Positions 10,074-18,408 of a stretch of 64,000 nucleotides of DNA are shown here, one piece after another. This DNA comes from a virus. Lineage: Duplodnaviria; Caudoviricetes. The translations under genes and the position numbers were made by a program. The notes beneath the pieces were generated by a model. It made no database searches and had not been told where the DNA came from. It saw only the letters and a list, made by a program, of their open reading frames with translations. Numbering within the stretch: the first letter of the stretch is position 1; the number at the start of each line of letters is the position of its first letter. The stretch covers positions 7,164 through 71,163 of the IMG/VR virus record IMGVR_UViG_3300047392_000199; one strand, given 5' to 3'.

Positions 10074-10619
10074 ATGAAACATGTACAACTATACGAACAA
10101 TTCGTAACTGAAAAAGCATACCAATTGACTGGAATTTACGGTGCAAAAGGTATTATTGGAAAAGTTCTATTTGCTTTTAAGAAAGAAATCGAACGAATTA
10201 AATACGAAGGAGATGCTGACTCAACTTTAGCAGAACTTAATGACGTTTGGACCAAATGGGCTGATAAAGACGGCGCAAAAATCATCGAACAGGAAGTAAT
10301 GAGAGTTGTTAATAACAAAGAAGCTATCGTTTATATAGTTGCAACTTTATCTAAAGCTCAATGGATTGCAGATGTAGTTAATAGATTAAATACACCGACT
10401 GGTACAGAACTTTTTGTTTCTTTAAACCATGATTTTGTGATTAACGTTGGTTTTGCAGATGATGTTGATGGAAATAAATTCTCTAGAAAACTTGATGGTA
10501 TGACAAATACTGCAATTCCAGTAGATATAACTGAAATCGTTGGATCTTTTGATTCTGCAATAGGTTATAATAACGTTGAAATCAGAAAGAACATCTTTTT
10601 ATCAATAGATGCAAAATAA
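10074..10619 (+). CDS. putative head-internal protein
   Basis: Starts MKHVQLYEQFVTE, like the T4 capsid-targeting sequence MKTYQEFIAE. ATG 10074 preferred over 10059. Confidence 0.55.
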   Translation: MKHVQLYEQFVTEKAYQLTGIYGAKGIIGKVLFAFKKEIERIKYEGDADSTLAELNDVWTKWADKDGAKIIEQEVMRVVNNKEAIVYIVATLSKAQWIADVVNRLNTPTGTELFVSLNHDFVINVGFADDVDGNKFSRKLDGMTNTAIPVDITEIVGSFDSAIGYNNVEIRKNIFLSIDAK

Positions 10620-10627
10620 TTTATAAG

Positions 10628-11095
10628 ATGCCAGCAACAAGCAAATCACAACAAAAACTAATGGGAGTAGCATATGCCGTAAAAGCAGGACATATGCTAC
10701 TTTCTGATGTTTCTGCAGAATATCAAGACAAAGTAAAAGATTTGACACTTTCAATGACTTTAAAACAGCTTAAAGATTTTGCATCAACTCCACATGAAGG
10801 ACTTCCTGATACAGTTGATGAATCTAGTTTAGGATTTGCAACAAATACTGGTGGACCACAAAGTACTTTTATGCCAGGTGCTGGAATGGGAGCTATTAAA
10901 CTTCCAAATATGGGAACCGGAGAAATCGGTTCTGGTGATGTTCCAAAAGGAGCAGGTTGGGCAGAAGACGAATATGAAGAAGAGAAAAAGAAAAAGAAGA
11001 GAAGAGAAAAACTACAAAAGAATACTGAAAAACCAGTAAAAACCTTTGAACAGTTTATTTTCGAAAAACTTAATCCATCTTTAAAGGACAAATAA
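10628..11095 (+). CDS. DUF3008-like protein
   Basis: MPATSKSQQKLMG...LKDFASTPHEGLP matches the DUF3008 pattern as recalled; C-terminal KTFEQFIFE. Confidence 0.6.
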   Translation: MPATSKSQQKLMGVAYAVKAGHMLLSDVSAEYQDKVKDLTLSMTLKQLKDFASTPHEGLPDTVDESSLGFATNTGGPQSTFMPGAGMGAIKLPNMGTGEIGSGDVPKGAGWAEDEYEEEKKKKKRREKLQKNTEKPVKTFEQFIFEKLNPSLKDK

Positions 11096-11362
11096 ATGCT
11101 AAACATTATTTTACTAGGAGGAGAAAAAGATAAGAATTGGTCAGAAGCAGCAGTTGAAAAAATTATAAATTCAATTAACTCTTGCCAATCTTTAAAACAA
11201 CTAATGACATGCAGAGCATTAGTTAACAATTACCTATTTGCTGCAATCATAGCAGGAAACGAGGCAGATGATGATAATCTACGATTAGTCTCGTCTCTAT
11301 TACACTTCTTAGTTAAGAGTAAAGAGAATCAACTTATTAAGGAAATGGATCTTATTTCCTAA
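11096..11362 (+). CDS. hypothetical protein
   Basis: ORF abutting the previous stop. Confidence 0.5.
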   Translation: MLNIILLGGEKDKNWSEAAVEKIINSINSCQSLKQLMTCRALVNNYLFAAIIAGNEADDDNLRLVSSLLHFLVKSKENQLIKEMDLIS

Positions 11363-11397
11363 AATATTTCACTAAATATTTTTTTATGTCATGGAAA

Positions 11398-11414
11398 TTG
11401 TTTATATTTACATA
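11398..11414 (+). promoter_or_regulatory. early-type promoter TTGTTTATATTTACATA
   Basis: Four near-identical intergenic copies (11398, 43251, 60059, 63612); resembles the Bacteroidota -7 element TAnnTTTG. Confidence 0.7.
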
Positions 11415-11435
11415 TAATATTTAAACAATCTCAAC

Positions 11436-11666
11436 ATGATAAAATCAGCAAAAGACAAAAAGAAAGGTCCAATCGAAATCGATCTTAATGGACCAGAAGG
11501 AAACGCATTCTACTTAATGGGAATGGCAATGAACTTTGCTAAACAACTAGGTTGGTCTCAAGAACAAAAGTCAAAACTTAGAGTAGAACTGACATTTTCA
11601 GACTACGAAAACCTAATTAACATCTTCGATAAACATTTCGGCGAGTTTGTAATTTTATATCGATAA
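11436..11666 (+). CDS. small phage protein of unknown function
   Basis: IDLNGPEGNAFYLMG motif seen in small phage proteins; follows an early promoter. Confidence 0.65.
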   Translation: MIKSAKDKKKGPIEIDLNGPEGNAFYLMGMAMNFAKQLGWSQEQKSKLRVELTFSDYENLINIFDKHFGEFVILYR

Positions 11667-11671
11667 TTTCG

Positions 11672-11697
11672 AAACTTTTTTAAATTTACGTATATAA
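11672..11697 (+). promoter_or_regulatory. AAAC-N17-TATAA promoter heading the modification cluster
   Basis: One of 9 intergenic copies with exact 17-nt spacing. Confidence 0.7.
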
Positions 11698-11716
11698 GTA
11701 CTAAACATATCGAGCT

Positions 11717-12010
11717 ATGAGTATTTTAGAAGAAGCAGACAAAATCGTTAATCACAGATCAGAAGAAGCAGACCGTAATTATGGTCCTTTCTCAGAAGGT
11801 ATGGATCGTGCAGCAATGATTTTTCAAGGAATGACTGGTATTCCAGTAACTGGAGAACACATGTTTAAAGCATTAGTTGCTTTGAAATTCTCTAGAGAAT
11901 CTTATAACCATAAGAAAGACAATTTGCTTGATGCAGTTGCCTATATCCAAGGATTAGAGAATTACCTTAATGAGATTGAAGAATCTCGTCCAATCAAATC
12001 AAATGACTAG
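11717..12010 (+). CDS. DUF6378-like (all-alpha nucleotide pyrophosphohydrolase-related) protein
   Basis: ILEEADKIVN..R...YGPFSE ... ALKFSRE...KDNLLDAVAY. Confidence 0.6.
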   Translation: MSILEEADKIVNHRSEEADRNYGPFSEGMDRAAMIFQGMTGIPVTGEHMFKALVALKFSRESYNHKKDNLLDAVAYIQGLENYLNEIEESRPIKSND

Positions 12011-13052
12011 TATTTACGAAATTAAAGACAAGTTAGCTGGCAAAAAGATTGCAATTGATGATGTTGTAACAACTTACAGCTCAAAAAAAGAATCACACAA
12101 ATCTGCGTGGGCATATTTACTTATGTCTCAATTAAAAAGTCTAGGATTAGATGTTACTGTTTTGACAAAAGACAGTAACATTCATGATTTCGACGTTTGG
12201 ATGGTAGCCTTACCAATGGAATTCCAAGGTAGTTACAATCTTTTTGGCGGTGCAGGAGATGAACCAGCTGCTAGAATCCAGAGATTTATTGATTTTAAAG
12301 GAGATGTGTATTGTCTTAATAGACAAATGCCAGATGTTGGCGCATTTGCACAATCTCGTATGAATTCTTGTACAGACAATTGGAAATCATTAGACGTTGC
12401 AATCCTGTCATCAAGGTCAAACAATGTCGAGTCAATTGATTTAACCCTTAACTCGGAAATCTTTGTACTCGGTGATAGCCATTCAGTCTCTGCTTACGTT
12501 CCAGGAGCAAACATTTCCAGAAATGATGGTAAAACATTATTTGGAGTTATTAAAGAAGGAATGCAGAATTATATTCCTGCTGGAACAAAACACCTAATTA
12601 CATATTTTGGTAACATTGATGTTAGACACCATTTGTGCCGCCAACCAGATCCAATTGCAGCAACTGAATCTCTAGTTAAAAACTATGTTGAACACTTAAA
12701 AAGTCTAGGCATGGAAAAGATCAGTGTTATGCAATTACTACCAATCGACCACGAAGAGAGAAGAATTCCAAAGACTGGATTCTACAAAGGAACACCATTT
12801 TATGGAAATTTAGAAAAAAGATTGGAAATTTGTCGAATTTTTAACAATAAGCTGAGTATATATCTAAGTGAGGCCGGATATGAATTTATCCAATGGCCAA
12901 GCGAATGGTACAAGCTAAGCCCAAAAGACTATGCGGACATTTATATGGAGAAACCAGGATCGGTGCACCTTTCACGAAATTATTATCAATATGATTTCGA
13001 AACTGGCCAAAAGAATCCAGCATTAAAACCAAAAGTCACGAGTTTATTTTGA
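12003..13052 (+). CDS. BGT-like N-terminal domain fused to SGNH/GDSL hydrolase-acyltransferase domain
   Basis: SGNH blocks LGDSHS, FGNIDVR, SVHL. N-terminus parallels the BGT homolog at 14720 (NLFGG vs NFFGG). ATG 12003 preferred over 11970. Confidence 0.55.
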   Translation: MTSIYEIKDKLAGKKIAIDDVVTTYSSKKESHKSAWAYLLMSQLKSLGLDVTVLTKDSNIHDFDVWMVALPMEFQGSYNLFGGAGDEPAARIQRFIDFKGDVYCLNRQMPDVGAFAQSRMNSCTDNWKSLDVAILSSRSNNVESIDLTLNSEIFVLGDSHSVSAYVPGANISRNDGKTLFGVIKEGMQNYIPAGTKHLITYFGNIDVRHHLCRQPDPIAATESLVKNYVEHLKSLGMEKISVMQLLPIDHEERRIPKTGFYKGTPFYGNLEKRLEICRIFNNKLSIYLSEAGYEFIQWPSEWYKLSPKDYADIYMEKPGSVHLSRNYYQYDFETGQKNPALKPKVTSLF

Positions 13053-13077
13053 AACCTTTTATAAATTACAAGTATAA
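13052..13077 (+). promoter_or_regulatory. AAAC-N17-TATAA promoter
   Basis: Exact motif upstream of ino1. Confidence 0.7.
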
Positions 13078-13100
13078 CTTAAAACAAATTACTAAAAATT

Positions 13101-14279
13101 ATGAGTAAAATTAAAGTTGCAATCATTGGTACAGGAAACTGTGCTAAGTCTCTCGTAGAAGGAGTACAATTCTACACAGAAAATCAAGCAAATATTGATG
13201 GTATGATGCGTAGCGATATCGGTGGATATGGCGCAAAAGACATTGAATTTGTTTGTGCATTTGATATTGATGAGCGTAAAGTAAATCAACCATTAGGTGT
13301 TGCATTGAAACAACGTCCAAATTCTGCATGGGATATCGTTTCAACTATCGATTCTACTGCTCCAGTTTATGAAGCTCCAGTTATTGATGGTTATGCATTG
13401 TTAATGGACGCGTATCCAGAATCAAATCGTTTCTTGGTTTCTGAAGAGTTGAGAAATTCAACTGAGACAAATCGTACTGAATGGACCGATAAAAAGGACA
13501 GACAGTGGAAAGACAAAATTATTGGTCTTTTAAAACAACACGAAGTTGAAGTATTGATTAACTACTTACCAGTAGGTTCTCAAGCAGCAACAGAATTTTG
13601 GGCAGAAATCTGTCTAGAAACTGGAATTTCTTTCGTAAACTGTATTCCAGTATTTATTGCATCTGATCCAGCATGGGAGAAACGTTTTATTGACGCAGGT
13701 ATTCCATTGATTGGTGATGATATGCGTTCTCAATTTGGTGCATCTATCTTGTCTCAAATGTTACAAGAACTTGCATTCGAAAGAGGTCACGTAGTAAGAG
13801 CACACATTCAACGTAATGTTGGTGGTAACACTGACTTCTTGAATATGGAAGACAAAACGCGTTTGAAATCTAAAAAGATTTCTAAAGAGAACGTAATCCG
13901 CGCTCAGAATGATATTCGTGGAATATCAACAGAAGGTTCATTCTTACATGCAGGTCCTTCAGAGTACATCTCATTCTATGGAGATAACAAAGTTGCTAAC
14001 TTCCGTTTAGAACTTGAAGGATTTGGTGGAGCACCAGTTATTTTTGATGCTCAACTATCTGTACAAGATAGTCCAAACTCTGCAGGAGTTGTAATTGACG
14101 CTCTACGTTATGTTAGAGTTGCAAGAGAAATGGGAATTGTTGGTGCTTTAAGAGGACCATCAGCATTTACCCAAAAGACACCACCTCAACAAATGATGTT
14201 TGTTGATGCTGTTCAAGAATGCGAAGCTTTAGCAAATCGTAAACTTACTAAAGTTACGGAGAAACAAGTTAAAGCTTAA
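13101..14279 (+). CDS. ino1: myo-inositol-1(3)-phosphate synthase
   Basis: GTGNCAKSLVEG Rossmann start, NYLPVGS, GDDMRSQFGA, NVGGNTDFLNM, SKKISK, DSPNSAG, AFTQKTPP; actinobacterial/archaeal-type MIPS. Confidence 0.93.
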   Translation: MSKIKVAIIGTGNCAKSLVEGVQFYTENQANIDGMMRSDIGGYGAKDIEFVCAFDIDERKVNQPLGVALKQRPNSAWDIVSTIDSTAPVYEAPVIDGYALLMDAYPESNRFLVSEELRNSTETNRTEWTDKKDRQWKDKIIGLLKQHEVEVLINYLPVGSQAATEFWAEICLETGISFVNCIPVFIASDPAWEKRFIDAGIPLIGDDMRSQFGASILSQMLQELAFERGHVVRAHIQRNVGGNTDFLNMEDKTRLKSKKISKENVIRAQNDIRGISTEGSFLHAGPSEYISFYGDNKVANFRLELEGFGGAPVIFDAQLSVQDSPNSAGVVIDALRYVRVAREMGIVGALRGPSAFTQKTPPQQMMFVDAVQECEALANRKLTKVTEKQVKA

Positions 14280-14289
14280 TTAATCCAAC

Positions 14290-14321
14290 AAGATGGAGAG
14301 TTTTGCTCTCCATCTTTTTTT
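14290..14321 (+). terminator. intrinsic terminator
   Basis: AAGATGGAGAG-TTTTG-CTCTCCATCTT followed by a T-run. Confidence 0.75.
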
Positions 14322-14332
14322 AATTTAGAAAG

Positions 14333-14710
14333 ATGAAAAATCAAGAAATATTCGCATACGATTTTGATGGTGTAGTTTCTTTAGGAATTAGACCAAGATT
14401 CAGTGATGATGTTATTATCACAGGTAGATGTCAAGAAGAGGCGCCATACGTTTTTGAAAAATTAGCGGAAATGGGAATCTCTACAAATGTTTACTTTAAT
14501 CAAATGACTTTACAAGAAAGAGGAAATCATACAGTTGAAGCTCGTGTTTTCTCTGGTCGTCATAAAGCAAGAACTATTTATAACCTTAAAGAACAAGGTA
14601 TTGATGTAGTTCGCTTCTTTGATGATGACGAAGTTCAAATTGCGGTTATTAAACAATGGCACCCTGATTTGGATATTGTCCATGTAGTATCAACATTAGT
14701 AGAAAAATAA
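14333..14710 (+). CDS. small capless HAD-family phosphatase
   Basis: Motif I YDFDGV, motif II ITGR, motif III K (HKA), motif IV FFDDD. Confidence 0.8.
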   Translation: MKNQEIFAYDFDGVVSLGIRPRFSDDVIITGRCQEEAPYVFEKLAEMGISTNVYFNQMTLQERGNHTVEARVFSGRHKARTIYNLKEQGIDVVRFFDDDEVQIAVIKQWHPDLDIVHVVSTLVEK

Positions 14711-14719
14711 AATCAATCA

Positions 14720-15742
14720 ATGAAATTCGGAATATTAAATATCTATATTAATACTTCATGTAATACAAATCGAGCAAATGGATTAGAAATCTATTATCTT
14801 CGAAAGGCATTACTTGAGGCAGGACATGAAGTGTCTATTATTGGACATAAAAACTTAAGAAATGCCGAACAAGAATATTATGTAGATGCTAATGAAGCCG
14901 AATGGGAAACTTATGATGGTATATTCATTCAATTAGCAAAAGATAATTTCTTTGGCGGTGGATTAAAACCACATACAGTTGCAATCGTTGAAGGTATTGC
15001 AAAAGCAAAGAATAAAATCTACAATCTTGCAACTGATCCAATGTTTCCACCAATTAATCCTGCCAGATCTTTAGCAAGATTTAATTTATGTCAAGATTAT
15101 GTTGACGTATGGGATGACCTAATTGAAGATTCGATTCAAATCTTTCCAGGAAAAGACATTAAGAAATTTAATGGATGGAAGAAGGGAAATGTAATGAACT
15201 TCAACCTATTCGGATATATTTTCAAGAATCTATTTACTGAAAGAGAATTGGCCAATCCAACTCTATTTCACGGAGAAGATACTAAAAGATGGGATGTTAT
15301 CTATTTTGGTAGAAACAGAAAAAGGTATCGTGAAAGTATGTTGCAAAAATATATTCCAAAAGATACTAGAAATTTATTGGTTGGATATAAAAGTAAAAAT
15401 GTACCATCAACCCAAATCAATCCAGTTTCGCATGACGAGATGATGTATCTTGTTAATCAATCTAAAGTTAGTCTAATTATCGGAGATGAAGAGCATTTAG
15501 ATAATGTTGTTACATATCGTTTTTATGAAACTCTAGCTTCTAATTCATTAGCAGCAATTCAAATTGAATACGATCCAAATAAAAAGCTTATTCAGGATCC
15601 AGTACTTAGAAAGGTATTATATGTTAAAAATGCCGAAGATGTTAAAGTACTAACTGAATTATATTCAAAAGATTTAATTGATCGTCAAAAACGAGAATTA
15701 GCCAGAATATTTAGTGAAATTAACAAACCTATAGAATTATAA
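14720..15742 (+). CDS. T4 DNA beta-glucosyltransferase (BGT)-like GT-B glycosyltransferase
   Basis: E-IYYL, NFFGGG, IYNLATDP, DVIYFG..R..R, LIIGDE, TYRFYETLAS follow the T4 BGT pattern; 340 aa. Confidence 0.75.
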   Translation: MKFGILNIYINTSCNTNRANGLEIYYLRKALLEAGHEVSIIGHKNLRNAEQEYYVDANEAEWETYDGIFIQLAKDNFFGGGLKPHTVAIVEGIAKAKNKIYNLATDPMFPPINPARSLARFNLCQDYVDVWDDLIEDSIQIFPGKDIKKFNGWKKGNVMNFNLFGYIFKNLFTERELANPTLFHGEDTKRWDVIYFGRNRKRYRESMLQKYIPKDTRNLLVGYKSKNVPSTQINPVSHDEMMYLVNQSKVSLIIGDEEHLDNVVTYRFYETLASNSLAAIQIEYDPNKKLIQDPVLRKVLYVKNAEDVKVLTELYSKDLIDRQKRELARIFSEINKPIEL

Positions 15743-15743
15743 T

Positions 15744-16412
15744 ATGCTTACGAAAAGTCAAAGAGAACTAAAAGCAAACTACATAAAATATCTTAATGCA
15801 ACCGAAAGGATTGACAAAGATATGATTAAAGATTGCATTATCCATTACATTAAACCTGAAGTAGATTATACTGATAAAGTTTGTCTTGATTTAGGTGGAA
15901 ATGTTGGTGGATTTACTAAATTAGCAATAGATCATGGTGCAAAACAAGTTATCACAGTAGAATGTGATGTAAGAAATTACACTAAGTTATCTCAAAGTTT
16001 TGCAGAAGAACCAAAAGCAAAGATTATTCATGCTGCGGTTTCTGGAAGCAATGACAAAACTATTAAAATCTATAAAGGAAATAGTGGTGGTTCTCATTGT
16101 TCTACGTCAATCATGAAAAGAAGTACTTTCCATGACTATGATGAGGTACAAAATTTACATATTCAAGAATTGTTAGATATGTACAAACCAGATATTATCA
16201 AAATTGATGTTGAAGGTGCCGAGTATCAAATCTTAGAATTCATTGAAGCTTACTATCCTGAAGTAATTTTTGTTGAATTACACATGGGAAAAGTAAAAGA
16301 ACATGCCAAACCAGCTATTGAAAGATTATCAAATTTATACCCAATCAATGAGGTAAATAGTTTTATTGTCTTTAAAGAAATTGGCGGATATGATTGTTGG
16401 TTTAAAAAATAA
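15744..16412 (+). CDS. FkbM-family SAM-dependent methyltransferase
   Basis: LDLGGNVGGF, VEC, HAAV, IKIDVEGAEY, FVELH. Confidence 0.85.
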   Translation: MLTKSQRELKANYIKYLNATERIDKDMIKDCIIHYIKPEVDYTDKVCLDLGGNVGGFTKLAIDHGAKQVITVECDVRNYTKLSQSFAEEPKAKIIHAAVSGSNDKTIKIYKGNSGGSHCSTSIMKRSTFHDYDEVQNLHIQELLDMYKPDIIKIDVEGAEYQILEFIEAYYPEVIFVELHMGKVKEHAKPAIERLSNLYPINEVNSFIVFKEIGGYDCWFKK

Positions 16413-16421
16413 AATAATAAA

Positions 16422-17471
16422 ATGAGTAATATAATTGAAAGCGTAAATATGGATGTCGTGAAAGACATCGGTCGTTTCTTTAATAAAGTAAACGAAAGAG
16501 CCCTTTATAATATGGGAGTGCTGGATAGTTATGATAGCGGTGGAGACGATGCTCTTGGAGAAACTGTAGAGTATTTCCATCCACAAATTACTCTAGACGA
16601 TCGTATGAGATATATCATGGAGAATATTGTATATGCTCCAATCTCAATGGACAATATTATTTGCAATACAATTATTTCCCACTTTTATGGAGCTCGTGGA
16701 ATTCACCAAGTTCTAACAAGAGATCCAAATCCAAAGACAGCATTAATTGATTTTGAAAGACTTTTAGTTGATCGAGATTATGAGAATAAAATTCGTAAGA
16801 ATTTAGAAGATGCAGTTTCTTTAGGTTTACCAATCTATGGAAGTACGGAATTACGTACTAGTCTTTTTGGAGCAGCAAATAATTATGTTGCTCAGTTGAG
16901 AAATCAACCAAGAGATGCTCATAAAATTAACATTCTTTTATGGGTAGCTTCTTTTATACCTCGAGGTATCACAGGAAGAATGGCCCAGGTTAAATCTTTA
17001 AACGAGATGTATGATATTATCTCTTCGCTTGAAGGAGTAGGACAGTACTACGGTTACCACTGTTCAACGTCTAACTCGGTAAATCCAAGAATTCCAATCA
17101 ATCACGATGAAAGATTTTGCGTACCAGGTCCTGGAGCAAGATTTACATTAGACCTAATGTTTGGAGAAGGTTGCAATATTCCTTATGGTGATAGAGTTAT
17201 TTGGTTCCGTGAAAACTATAAAGACCTTATTGGAGATATTCCATTACATGAATCAACTCATAATATTTATGTTGATGGTAAGAAGATTTTCCAAGAAGAA
17301 CAAAACGATCTTAAAACTTATGGATGCGAGGTTGGCCTTTGTCAGTATGGCGTTTATTACCGATTAAGAAACAATCCACATTTAATTAGTCGTCGAAAGG
17401 TTGCAAGAACTGATGATTCAGTTATGGAATACTTTTTTAATAATAATTTTGAACAAAACTCGCTTTTCTAA
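16422..17471 (+). CDS. aGPT-Pplase1 / 5-hmdU DNA kinase helical-domain-like DNA base hypermodification protein
   Basis: LDDRMRYIMENI, HhH-like LEGVGQYYGYH, ERFCVPGPGARFTL, CEVGLCQYGVYYR in the order typical of this family. Confidence 0.62.
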   Translation: MSNIIESVNMDVVKDIGRFFNKVNERALYNMGVLDSYDSGGDDALGETVEYFHPQITLDDRMRYIMENIVYAPISMDNIICNTIISHFYGARGIHQVLTRDPNPKTALIDFERLLVDRDYENKIRKNLEDAVSLGLPIYGSTELRTSLFGAANNYVAQLRNQPRDAHKINILLWVASFIPRGITGRMAQVKSLNEMYDIISSLEGVGQYYGYHCSTSNSVNPRIPINHDERFCVPGPGARFTLDLMFGEGCNIPYGDRVIWFRENYKDLIGDIPLHESTHNIYVDGKKIFQEEQNDLKTYGCEVGLCQYGVYYRLRNNPHLISRRKVARTDDSVMEYFFNNNFEQNSLF

Positions 17472-17476
17472 TATAA
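17451..17476 (+). promoter_or_regulatory. GAAC-N17-TATAA promoter
   Basis: One-mismatch copy of the motif. Confidence 0.55.
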
Positions 17477-17494
17477 TAACCTATAGATGTTATT

Positions 17495-17917
17495 ATGAAA
17501 GCAACGAGTATCAAAAACCTTTTCCTAGACGATTTTAGACAACCACATGATTGCATGAGCTACATGCCGTACCGAATTGGTACACATTCAGCAATGTATA
17601 CTCAACAAGAATGGTCAGTTGTTAAAAACTATGACGAATTTACCGAATGGATTACTTTAAATGGTCTTCCTGAAATGGTATCATTCGATCATGATTTAGC
17701 AGATGAACATTACAGCCCAGCAATGTGCGGAGATGGAGCTGACTATCCAACTGAATTTGATGAAAAAACAGGTTTAGACTGTGCTAAATGGTTAGTTAAT
17801 TATTGTATTGACAATAAGTTTAAATTTCCATGTTTTGAAGTACATTCAATGAATCCAGTCGGCTCAGAAAGAATTAGAAATTATATTCAAGATTACATCA
17901 AATTTAGTAAACAATAA
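17495..17917 (+). CDS. cyclic-phosphate processing receiver-domain protein
   Basis: LFLDDFR, SFDHDL, TGLDCAKWL, VHSMNPVG. Confidence 0.8.
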   Translation: MKATSIKNLFLDDFRQPHDCMSYMPYRIGTHSAMYTQQEWSVVKNYDEFTEWITLNGLPEMVSFDHDLADEHYSPAMCGDGADYPTEFDEKTGLDCAKWLVNYCIDNKFKFPCFEVHSMNPVGSERIRNYIQDYIKFSKQ

Positions 17918-17940
17918 TAAATAAAACTATAGAATAGTAT

Positions 17941-18408
17941 ATGGCAAATATTGATAATGAATGTAAAGATTTAGAAGTAAATGACTTCTATGATAAATCT
18001 ACCACGCATCTGGCGGATATTATGAATCACCAAAAAGAAATGCAAGAAAAAACTTATGGATTTGATTTTGACAATATGTCAATCAGAGACATTATGAATT
18101 TCTGGCATGTTAATACACACGCAGTAGTTGATGAAATTCATGAAATGACTGATGCTCTTGGTGGTATTAAAGATGGAGATGGTAATGCAGTTTGGAAATA
18201 TTGGAAAACAGCTCATACTAAATATGAGAACATGAAAATTTCCGATCTTTCAGAAAATGATCGCAAAGAACTTTATATGGAATGGGTAGATATTCTACAC
18301 TTCTTTATAAATTATGCTGCTTCAATCGGATTAGACGCCAAAACAGCATACAATTACTACTTTGCAAAAGCAGAAGAGAATAAGCAACGCCAAAAACGAG
18401 GATATTAA
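17941..18408 (+). CDS. dCTP/dUTP pyrophosphatase (T4 gp56-like)
   Basis: DEIHEM, AVWKYWK, EWVDILHF, ENKQRQKRGY match gp56. Confidence 0.85.
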   Translation: MANIDNECKDLEVNDFYDKSTTHLADIMNHQKEMQEKTYGFDFDNMSIRDIMNFWHVNTHAVVDEIHEMTDALGGIKDGDGNAVWKYWKTAHTKYENMKISDLSENDRKELYMEWVDILHFFINYAASIGLDAKTAYNYYFAKAEENKQRQKRGY

